Part shown: positions 1 through 7,947 of the stretch, one piece after another | Layout: each line of letters opens with the position of its first letter | Numbering within the stretch: the stretch's first letter is position 1 | NCBI GenBank assembly: GCA_016195095.1 | Contig: JACQAE010000073.1 | Span: forward strand, 1-52,515 | DNA length: 52,515 bases | Reading direction: 5' to 3' | DNA from: Pseudomonadota bacterium | GTDB lineage: Bacteria; Pseudomonadota; Alphaproteobacteria; Rhizobiales; Xanthobacteraceae | The notes under the pieces: generated by a model | What the model was told of the DNA's origin: nothing | Seen by the model: the letters and a program-made list of their open reading frames with translations, nothing else | Databases searched by the model: none | Position numbers and translations under genes: made by a program

Positions 1-300
1 GCGCTCGTTTGCGGCTTCTGCGCCGGCGAACCTTCAACCCTTCCTCAGTATAAATCCGAATGAGCTTTTTGCGGTTCATCTTGATTCCCTCGCGGGCCAG
101 CAAAATGCCCAGCCGCCGATAGCCGAAGCGCCGCCGCTCCATTGCCAGCTCCCGCATCCGTAACCGGATCGCGGCATCGTCAGGTCGGCGGTGCCGATAG
201 CGCAGAACGCGCTGCGACACCCGATGATTGAACACGCCCGGCGCTCGCTCAGCCCGAAGCTCTCCCGGGCATGGACGACGCCCGATCGCCTGGCTGTCAA
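1..300 (-). pseudogene. IS3-family transposase remnant (OrfB N-terminal region), frame-broken, no OrfA
   Basis: The minus-strand translation gives ARESFGLSERRACSIIG. After a 1-nt frame break near position 220 it continues VSQRVLRYRHRRPDDAAIRLRMRELAMERRRFGYRRLGILLAREGIKMNRKKLIRIYTEEGLKVRRRRSRKRA and runs off the left edge. This is the characteristic start of IS3-family OrfB. Only 66 bp separate it from the next gene, so the OrfA part is missing. Confidence 0.75.
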
Positions 301-365
301 TCGGCGTTTAAACGGGACCCCGTTTCGGCGTGCAATAGTGATGTCGAGAGGCTCGGATTCGCCAG

Positions 366-1196
366 TCAGTTAACGCGCAAAGCTTCGGCGCTCATCAGAT
401 CAATGCCCACGACCCGCGCGGCGCCGGCCAGTCGCGCAACATATTGCGCAAGTGCGCGCCGCTGCACGCTTGCGTGCAGGTATTCGGCGATCCGTTCGGA
501 AACAACGTCAAACGGCAGCTCGCGCCCGGCAAGTCTGCGATCAAGGCGAATGATGTGAAATCCGTAGCGCGTGGCGAAAGGCGCTCCGCCTATGCACCCG
601 GGTTCGAGCGTTACCAATGCCTGCTCGAATTCACGCGTCGTGTGACCGTGAATAATCTGACCAAGGCAGCCACCTTGCGCGGCGGACGGACATGCGGAAT
701 GGGCCCGTGCCATCGCGGCGAAACGATCCGGCTGTACCCGCAAGGCATTCAGCACCGTATTAGCGCGCGAGCGTGCGTCATCGTAGAGTTTCCGACAAGT
801 CCGGTCGGCCGCGAACAGGATGTGCGCCGCCTCATAAATATCACTTGAGCGAAAACGCTTGCGATTTCGATCGTAATAATGCCGGCACGTTTCAATGTCC
901 GCGCGCGGAACGCGCACTTCCTTCGCGATAAGAGTGCGAATGACGGCCTCTTCGGCCGTCTCCCGCTGACCACCTGCGTTCTCGATCGGCTCCGCGACAA
1001 TTCCAAGCCGGCTTGCCTCCTGCACCAACAATTCGCGTACCACCAAAGCCCGCGCGGCCGCCTTCCATGCGCCCAGTGGGGTTGTTGAGGGATGCTGTTG
1101 AACCTCGCCGGCGATGACTTCGCGAGAAATCCGCACGCCATTGACGTGGACGCCGTTTCCTTTCGACAGGTTCATCTGCTGCGCTGAACAATTCAT
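366..1196 (-). CDS. PpiC/parvulin-type peptidyl-prolyl isomerase (SurA/NifM-like), co-oriented with the nar genes
   Basis: 276-aa ORF with a rotamase-like C-terminal half (AAHILF..., CLGQIIHGHTTREFEQAL, RYGFHIIRLD). The ATG lies 5 nt after the narI stop, with GGAG about 9 nt upstream. Confidence 0.75.
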   Translation of the reverse strand: MNCSAQQMNLSKGNGVHVNGVRISREVIAGEVQQHPSTTPLGAWKAAARALVVRELLVQEASRLGIVAEPIENAGGQRETAEEAVIRTLIAKEVRVPRADIETCRHYYDRNRKRFRSSDIYEAAHILFAADRTCRKLYDDARSRANTVLNALRVQPDRFAAMARAHSACPSAAQGGCLGQIIHGHTTREFEQALVTLEPGCIGGAPFATRYGFHIIRLDRRLAGRELPFDVVSERIAEYLHASVQRRALAQYVARLAGAARVVGIDLMSAEALRVN

Positions 1197-1201
1197 TGCG
1201 G

Positions 1202-1933
1202 CTACTCCGCGGAAAGCGTGTTCGTACCGCGAGCGGCGATCTTGGCCGATCGGGCGCTGCGCACCACCTGATAGCCTCGGCGACCAAGGTACCAGACCGG
1301 CGCGCTCCAGACGTGGACGAGTCGCGTGAAGGGAAAGACAAGAAAGAGTGTCATGCCGAGGAATAGATGCGCCTTGAATATTGGGTGAGCATCGGCAATG
1401 AGCGCGGCAACGCCCGGCTGCAACGTCAGGATTCCTTGCGCCCAGGTCATAAATTTCACCATTTCGGCGCCGTCAAGATGGTCAAGCGAGATAAATATTG
1501 TCGCGAGGCCCAAGAACAACTGCGCATAGATCAAAAGCAGAATTGCGACGTCGCCGAAGGACGATGTCGCGCGGATGCGCGCGTCGAACAATCGTCGATG
1601 TACGAGGAGGGTAAGCCCGATAAAGCAGGTGATTCCAGCGACGCCTCCAACGACAATCGCCATCCACTGTTTGAGCGAGTGGGAAATACCGAGCGCGTCG
1701 AAAAGTCGGATCGGAGTGAGCAGTCCGAAAAAATGTCCAAGAAAAATCACAAGGATCCCGACATGGAGTAAATTTGACCCCCATATCAGCTGGCGGCGTC
1801 GCAAAAGCTGGCTTGATCCACTGCGCCACGTATATTGTTCGCGGTCGAAGCGGAACCAACTGCCGACCACGAATACCGTCAGGCAAAGATATGGATACCA
1901 GCCGAACACAATATGATTGACAGCGTCGCGCAT
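1202..1933 (-). CDS. narI: Respiratory nitrate reductase gamma subunit (cytochrome b)
   Basis: Start trimmed to MRDAVNHIVFGWYPYLCL... (ATG at 1933). Multi-TM protein with the NarI-type N-terminus and conserved His residues. It follows narJ by 10 nt. Confidence 0.9.
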   Translation of the reverse strand: MRDAVNHIVFGWYPYLCLTVFVVGSWFRFDREQYTWRSGSSQLLRRRQLIWGSNLLHVGILVIFLGHFFGLLTPIRLFDALGISHSLKQWMAIVVGGVAGITCFIGLTLLVHRRLFDARIRATSSFGDVAILLLIYAQLFLGLATIFISLDHLDGAEMVKFMTWAQGILTLQPGVAALIADAHPIFKAHLFLGMTLFLVFPFTRLVHVWSAPVWYLGRRGYQVVRSARSAKIAARGTNTLSAE

Positions 1934-1943
1934 GACTTTCACC

Positions 1944-2666
1944 TCATAAGCGCGGCAAGACGGCGCGTCGCGCCGGTGTGCCAACGCCGGGGGCGGGCCG
2001 ACGTCCGGCGCGAACTTTGGCAATCAAGCCATCCCTGCAGGAATGTTCGTCGGGTCCGAATTTGACGGGCGCGTCCTCCCATGCCGCGTCGAGCGCTGCG
2101 AGATCGGTCGCGTCCGGATCTGGCTCTGAAAGAAGCGCGGCAACGTCCGCGGGCTTTGGCTTGCTCGCCGCCAGCGCGACAAGCGAGCGAAATACCGATT
2201 CGTATGCCGAATGGCGCTTGCGCAGGCGCTCGCCAAGGGCTGTCAGAATATGCGCTGTTTGGCCAAGGAAATGGTAGGCGTCGGCGCGCGGTAGAATGCA
2301 CAGGAATTCCAGGAACAGCGGCAGAAAATCGGGAAGCTCTGTGGGGTCAACCTCAAGTTTGTTGCGTTCATATGTCGACTTGAGATCAATCATCGCCTGC
2401 CCGCGATCGCGGCTCTCGCCATGGACGTGCTCAAACAGATACAGCGACAGCGAGCGTGTGCGGTCGAAGAGCAGCACATAGCGCTCCTGCAGGTCGTACA
2501 AGTCGCCGATCGCGATTTCCTCGAGCAATCGGTCGAGATGCCGGCGCAACTTCGCCGGAAACAAGGCCTCGCCGTCAAGCGCCGCACGAATTTCCGGCAC
2601 GCCCAGTTGCAGTTCCAACGTCGGATAGGTCAGCAATGCCGAGAGAGCCTTGAAGGTCTGGGTCAT
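1944..2666 (-). CDS. narJ: Nitrate reductase molybdenum cofactor assembly chaperone
   Basis: Begins MTQTFKALSALLTYPT... and contains ...LYLFEHVHGESRDRGQAM.... Its ATG overlaps the narH stop (ATGA at 2664-2668). The position between narH and narI is canonical. Confidence 0.9.
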   Translation of the reverse strand: MTQTFKALSALLTYPTLELQLGVPEIRAALDGEALFPAKLRRHLDRLLEEIAIGDLYDLQERYVLLFDRTRSLSLYLFEHVHGESRDRGQAMIDLKSTYERNKLEVDPTELPDFLPLFLEFLCILPRADAYHFLGQTAHILTALGERLRKRHSAYESVFRSLVALAASKPKPADVAALLSEPDPDATDLAALDAAWEDAPVKFGPDEHSCRDGLIAKVRAGRRPAPGVGTPARRAVLPRL

Positions 2667-4186
2667 CAGGTAACCTCCATCGGCGTTCTGGCGCGCCGGG
2701 TCGTGCCGAAAAGGTTGGCCCCGGTCGTGCCGCCCGAGCAGCCATTGCCGAATGAAAAGCCGCACGAGCCACGCAAGTCCTGCGCGTCTTCGCTCACCTC
2801 GCGGTGCGCGGTCGGGATCACGAAGCGGTCCTCGTAGTTGGCGATCGCCATGAGTTGATACATGTCCTCGATGGCGGGACCGGTGAGTCCGACACGCTTT
2901 GCGATATTTTCATCGATGATGCCGTCAACTGTTTTGGCGCGCATATAGGCGCGCATAGCCAGCATTCGTTCCAATCCGAGCGCGACCGGTTCTTCCTTGC
3001 CCGCGGTAAGCAGGTTGGCGAGGTATCTGAGTGGAATGCGGAGCGACCGCACGTCCGGCATCTCGCCATCATGGCCGATCTTTCCGGCCTGGGCCGCCGA
3101 TTGGATCGGGGACAGTGGCGGCACGTACCAGACCATCGGCAAGGTGCGGTATTCCGGATGCAGCGGGAACGCGATCTTCCAGTCCATCGCCATCTTCCAG
3201 ATCGGCGAGCGCCGCGCCGCCTCAAGCCATGCCTCCGGAACGCCATCGGCACGCGCCTGCGCGATTATTGCCGGGTCATTTGGATTCATGAAGATGCGGA
3301 GCTGGGCCTCGTAAAGGTCTTGCTCATCCGGCGCGCTGGCGACCTCCTCAATGCGATCTGCGTCGTAGAGCACGACACCGAGGTAGCGTATGCGGCCGAC
3401 GCAGGTTTCAGAGCATACGGTGGGCTGGCCAACCTCGATGCGCGGGTAGCAGAAGATGCACTTCTCGGACTTCCCGCTCGACCAGTTGTAATAGACTTTC
3501 TTGTAGGGACATCCCGACACGCACATGCGCCAGCCACGGCACTTGTCCTGATCGATCAAAACTATGCCGTCCTCCTCGCGCTTGTAGATCGCCCCAGAGG
3601 GACAAGCGGCGACGCAGGCGGGATTGAGGCAGTGCTCGCACAGCCGCGGCAGGTACATCATGAAGGTATTTTCGAACTGGCCATAAATTTCCTTCTGTAC
3701 GCCCTCGAAATTGCAATCTTGCGAGCGTTTCGAGAATTCGCCGCCGAGGATTTCCTCCCAGTTCGGACCCCATTCGATTTTCTCCATGCGCTCACCGGTA
3801 ATGAGCGAGCGCGGCCGCGCTGTCGGAAACGCCGACAACTCGGGCGCGTTCTGCAAATGCTCGTAGTCGAACGTGAAAGGCTCGTAGTAGTCGTCGATTT
3901 CCGGCAGGTCCGGATTGGCGAAAATCTTCGCCAGCACGCGCCACTTCGAGCCGATCTTGGGCTCGATCTTGCCGTTGCGCTTGCGCACCCAGCCGCCGTT
4001 CCAACGGTCTTGGTTTTCCCAGTCCTTGGGATAGCCGATGCCGGGCTTGGTTTCGACGTTATTGAACCAGGCGTATTCCATGCCTTCGCGATTGGTCCAG
4101 ACGTTCTTGCAGGTGACGGAGCAGGTGTGGCACCCGATGCATTTGTCGAGGTTGAGCACCATCGCGATTTGCGCGCGGATTTTCAT
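2666..4186 (-). CDS. narH: Respiratory nitrate reductase beta subunit (Fe-S)
   Basis: 506 aa starting MKIRAQIAMVLNLDKCIGCHTCSVTCKNVWTNREGMEYAWFNNVETKPG, with several Cys clusters typical of NarH. ATGA overlap with the narG stop. Confidence 0.97.
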   Translation of the reverse strand: MKIRAQIAMVLNLDKCIGCHTCSVTCKNVWTNREGMEYAWFNNVETKPGIGYPKDWENQDRWNGGWVRKRNGKIEPKIGSKWRVLAKIFANPDLPEIDDYYEPFTFDYEHLQNAPELSAFPTARPRSLITGERMEKIEWGPNWEEILGGEFSKRSQDCNFEGVQKEIYGQFENTFMMYLPRLCEHCLNPACVAACPSGAIYKREEDGIVLIDQDKCRGWRMCVSGCPYKKVYYNWSSGKSEKCIFCYPRIEVGQPTVCSETCVGRIRYLGVVLYDADRIEEVASAPDEQDLYEAQLRIFMNPNDPAIIAQARADGVPEAWLEAARRSPIWKMAMDWKIAFPLHPEYRTLPMVWYVPPLSPIQSAAQAGKIGHDGEMPDVRSLRIPLRYLANLLTAGKEEPVALGLERMLAMRAYMRAKTVDGIIDENIAKRVGLTGPAIEDMYQLMAIANYEDRFVIPTAHREVSEDAQDLRGSCGFSFGNGCSGGTTGANLFGTTRRARTPMEVT

Positions 4187-7100
4187 TCTGCGGCCTCCGT
4201 CCTGGGCATTAAGGCAAGGTGGGCGGGCTGATCGTCATTTGGCTTGTCGAGCCAATCGACCTTCGTCATTTTGCGGATGATGACGAATTCATCGCGGTTG
4301 GTGCCGATCGTGCCGTAATAGTTGAATCCGTAGGACTGCTGGGCGTAGCCGCCGATCATGTGGGTCGGTTTCACCACGGTGCGCGTCACCGAATTGTGAA
4401 TGCCGCCGCGCTGGCCGGTTATCTCCGAGCCCGGCACATTCACGATCTTTTCCTGCGCGTGATACATCATGCACATGCCGATTTTCACACGCTGCGAGAC
4501 GACGGCGCGTGCGACCAGCGCGCCATTGGTGTTGTAGGCCTCGATCCAGTCATTATCGGCAATGCCGGCCTTCCTGGCGTCGGTCTCGCTGATCCAGACG
4601 ATCGGACCGCCACGCGACAGCGTGAGCATCAGGAGATTGTCGGTATAGGTGGAGTGGATGCCCCACTTCTGGTGTGGCGTGATGAAATTGAGCACGATCT
4701 GCTTTTCGCCGTTCGGCTTGGCGTCGATGACGGGCTTCACCGCCTTGAGATCGACCGGCGGGCGATAGACGCACAGCGCCTCGCCAAACGCGCGCATCCA
4801 CAAGTGATCCTGGTAAAGCTGCTGGCGGCCGGTAAGCGTGCGCCAGGGGATCAATTCGTGGACGTTGGTGTAGCCGGCGCTATAGCAGACCTTCTCCGAC
4901 TCCAGTCCCGACCAGATTGGCGACGAGATGATCTTGCGCGGCTGCGCCACCACGTCGCGAAAGCGAATTTTCTCGTCTTCCTTCGATAGGGCGAGATGCT
5001 TGTGATCGCGTCCGGTCATCATCGACAGCGCGTCCCAGGCTTTGACCGCGACCTCGCCGTTGGTTTCCGGCGCCAGCGTCAAGATCACCTCTGTGGCGTC
5101 GATGTCGGTCTCGATTTTCGCGAGGCCCTTGGTCGCGCCTTCATCGATCACCGTTCCATTGATCCGCTTGAGCAGATCGACTTCGTGCTCGGTGTTCCAG
5201 GTCATGCCCTTGCCGCCATTGCCGAGCTTCGACATGAGTGGGCCGAGCGCGGTGAAGCGCTTGTAGAGGTTGGGATAGTCACGCTCGACCAAGGTCACGG
5301 CCGGCATGGTCTTGCCGGGGATCGGCTCGACCTCGCCTTTCTTCCATTCCTTGACGTCGAGCGCCTGCGCGATCTCGGCCGGCGTGTCGTGCAGGATCGG
5401 GGTCAGCACCACGTCCTTCTCGACGCCGAGAACTTCCGGCGCGACCTTGGAGAACTGCCTGGCAATGGCCTTATAGATGTCCCAATCGCTCTTGCATTCC
5501 CACACCGGATCGACCGCGGCGGTGAGCGGGTGAATGAAGGGATGCATGTCCGAGGTATTGAGATCGTTCTTCTCGTACCAGGTTGCGGTCGGCAGCACGA
5601 TGTCGGAATAAACGCAGGTCGTCGACATGCGGAAATCGAGCGTCGCCAGAAGATCGAGCTTTCCCTGCGGGCCGCGGTCGTGCCAAGTGACCTCCTTCGG
5701 TTTCTTGCGACCGGTTTCGCCGAGGTCCTTTCCCTGCACCCCGTGATTGGTGCCAAGCAGGTGTTTGAGGAAGTATTCGTGCCCCTTGGCGGACGACCCG
5801 AGCAGGTTTGAACGCCAGACAAAGAGGTTGCGTGGCCAGTTTGCGGGATGGTCAGGATCCTCACAGGATAACTGCAATTCGCCGGATTTTAGCGCCTCGG
5901 CGACGTAGTCCTTCGCCTCCACGCCCATCGCGGCAATGTTCTTGGCGACGACGAGTGGATTCTGCTTGAGCTGCGGCGCCGACGGCAGCCAGCCCATGCG
6001 TTCCGCGCGCACATTGTAGTCGATCAGCGCGCCATCCCACGGACCCGCCGGGGCGGTTGGCGAGAGGATTTCATCGATACCAAGCGTTTCATAGCGCCAT
6101 TGATTGGTGTGCGCGTAGAAGAACGACGTCGAGTTTTGTTGGCGCGGCGGCCGGCTCCAGTCGAGCGCGAACGCCAAAGGCAGCCAACCTGACTGCGGGC
6201 GCAGCTTCTCCTGCCCGACGTAATGCGACCAACCGCCACCCGATTGTCCGACGCATCCGCACATCACCAGCATATTGATGACGCCACGGTAATTCATATC
6301 GCTGTGGTACCAGTGGTTCATCGCCGCGCCGATGATAACCATGGAGCGGCCCTTGGTTTTTTCGGCGTTGAGCGCGAATTCGCGCGCGACCGTGACGATC
6401 TGGTCGCGCGGCACGCCGGTGATCCCTTCCGCCCAGGCGGGCGTGTAGGGTGTATTCTCGTCATATGATTTAGCCACGTGCTCGCCGCCAAAGCCGCGAT
6501 CGAGTCCATAATTCGCGACGAACAGATCGAACACGGTCGCAACCAACGTTTCGCCGTCCTTGAGCGTGACACGCTTGGTCGGAACTTTGCGGGTGAGCAC
6601 ACTCGGATGATCGCTGCCCTTGAAGGCATCGTGCTCGCGATTGCCGAAATAGGGAAAGTCGACGTCCGCAAGTTCGTTCGTCGCGCCGGCGAGCGTCAGC
6701 CGCAGGCTGGTGTCGCGCCCGTCGGAATCCTTTTGTTCGAGATTCCACTTGCCCTTCTCGCCCCAGCGGAAACCGACGGAGCCCGCGGGAACGACCGCGC
6801 CTTTGGATATGGCATCGAACGCCACGGTCTTCCACTCGGGATTGTTCGTCTCGCCAAGGCCGTCCGCAAAATCGCAAGCGCGCAGCAACCGGTCGGGCAG
6901 GAGGCGATCGCCTTGCTTTGTCAGTCGGACAAGCATCGGCATGTCGGTGTATTGGCGAACATAGTCTTCAAAATATTGCGCCTGCCGATCGAGATAAAAT
7001 TCGCGCAAAATGACGTGGCCCATGGCCATCGCAAGCGCGGAATCTGTGCCTTGCTTGACGGAAATCCACAGGTCGGCGAATTTCGAGGCCTCGGAATAAT

Positions 7101-7947
7101 CGGGGCAAATGACGACGCTCTTGGCGCCGCGGTAGCGCGCCTCGGTGTAGAAATGGGCGTCGGGCGTGCGCGTCTGCGGCACATTCGAGCCCCACAGGAT
7201 GAGGAAGCCAGAATTGTACCAGTCGGCGGATTCCGGGACGTCGGTCTGTTCGCCCCAGGTTTGCGGCGAGGACGGCGGCAGGTCGCAGTACCAATCGTAG
7301 AACGACATGCAGACGCCGCCGAGCAGCGACAGATAGCGCGACCCCGCCGCGTAGGACACCATCGACATCGCCGGAATCGGCGAAAAACCGACGACGCGAT
7401 CGGGCCCGTATTGCTTGACCGTGTAGGCGTTGGCGGCCGCGATGATCTCGGTCACCTCGTCCCAGGTCGCACGCACGAAGCCGCCGAGGCCGCGCTTGCT
7501 GGTGTAGGCCGCGCGCTTCTTGGGATCCTCGACGATCGACGCCCAGGCCGCGACCGGCATGCGCATGGCACGCGCCTCGCGCCACAACCTCAGCAGGCGC
7601 GATCGCACTAGCGGATATTTCACGCGGTTGCCCGAGTAGAGGTACCAGGAGTAGCTGGCCCCGCGCGAGCAGCCGCGTGGTTCGTGATTAGGAAGCTCTG
7701 GCCGCGTGCGCGGATAGTCGGTTTGCTGTGTTTCCCAGGTGACAATGCCGCCCTTGACATAAATTTTCCACGAACAGGAACCCGTGCAATTGGCGCCATG
7801 GGTCGAGCGCACGATCTTGTCGTGTTGCCAGCGTTTGCGGTAGCCGTCCTCCCAACGGCGGTCCTCGTGCGTGGTGATGCCGTGGCCGTCGGAGAATGTA
7901 TCCGGGAGCCGTCGGAAGAAAGTGAGGCGATCGAGAAAATGGCTCAT
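4183..7947 (-). CDS. narG: Respiratory nitrate reductase alpha subunit (Mo-bisMGD)
   Basis: 1254 aa. The N-terminus MSHFLDRLTFFRR is a vestigial Tat motif. The FS0 motif HGANCTGSCSW is present and the length is typical of NarG. ATGA overlap with the narK stop. Confidence 0.97.
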   Translation of the reverse strand: MSHFLDRLTFFRRLPDTFSDGHGITTHEDRRWEDGYRKRWQHDKIVRSTHGANCTGSCSWKIYVKGGIVTWETQQTDYPRTRPELPNHEPRGCSRGASYSWYLYSGNRVKYPLVRSRLLRLWREARAMRMPVAAWASIVEDPKKRAAYTSKRGLGGFVRATWDEVTEIIAAANAYTVKQYGPDRVVGFSPIPAMSMVSYAAGSRYLSLLGGVCMSFYDWYCDLPPSSPQTWGEQTDVPESADWYNSGFLILWGSNVPQTRTPDAHFYTEARYRGAKSVVICPDYSEASKFADLWISVKQGTDSALAMAMGHVILREFYLDRQAQYFEDYVRQYTDMPMLVRLTKQGDRLLPDRLLRACDFADGLGETNNPEWKTVAFDAISKGAVVPAGSVGFRWGEKGKWNLEQKDSDGRDTSLRLTLAGATNELADVDFPYFGNREHDAFKGSDHPSVLTRKVPTKRVTLKDGETLVATVFDLFVANYGLDRGFGGEHVAKSYDENTPYTPAWAEGITGVPRDQIVTVAREFALNAEKTKGRSMVIIGAAMNHWYHSDMNYRGVINMLVMCGCVGQSGGGWSHYVGQEKLRPQSGWLPLAFALDWSRPPRQQNSTSFFYAHTNQWRYETLGIDEILSPTAPAGPWDGALIDYNVRAERMGWLPSAPQLKQNPLVVAKNIAAMGVEAKDYVAEALKSGELQLSCEDPDHPANWPRNLFVWRSNLLGSSAKGHEYFLKHLLGTNHGVQGKDLGETGRKKPKEVTWHDRGPQGKLDLLATLDFRMSTTCVYSDIVLPTATWYEKNDLNTSDMHPFIHPLTAAVDPVWECKSDWDIYKAIARQFSKVAPEVLGVEKDVVLTPILHDTPAEIAQALDVKEWKKGEVEPIPGKTMPAVTLVERDYPNLYKRFTALGPLMSKLGNGGKGMTWNTEHEVDLLKRINGTVIDEGATKGLAKIETDIDATEVILTLAPETNGEVAVKAWDALSMMTGRDHKHLALSKEDEKIRFRDVVAQPRKIISSPIWSGLESEKVCYSAGYTNVHELIPWRTLTGRQQLYQDHLWMRAFGEALCVYRPPVDLKAVKPVIDAKPNGEKQIVLNFITPHQKWGIHSTYTDNLLMLTLSRGGPIVWISETDARKAGIADNDWIEAYNTNGALVARAVVSQRVKIGMCMMYHAQEKIVNVPGSEITGQRGGIHNSVTRTVVKPTHMIGGYAQQSYGFNYYGTIGTNRDEFVIIRKMTKVDWLDKPNDDQPAHLALMPRTEAAE

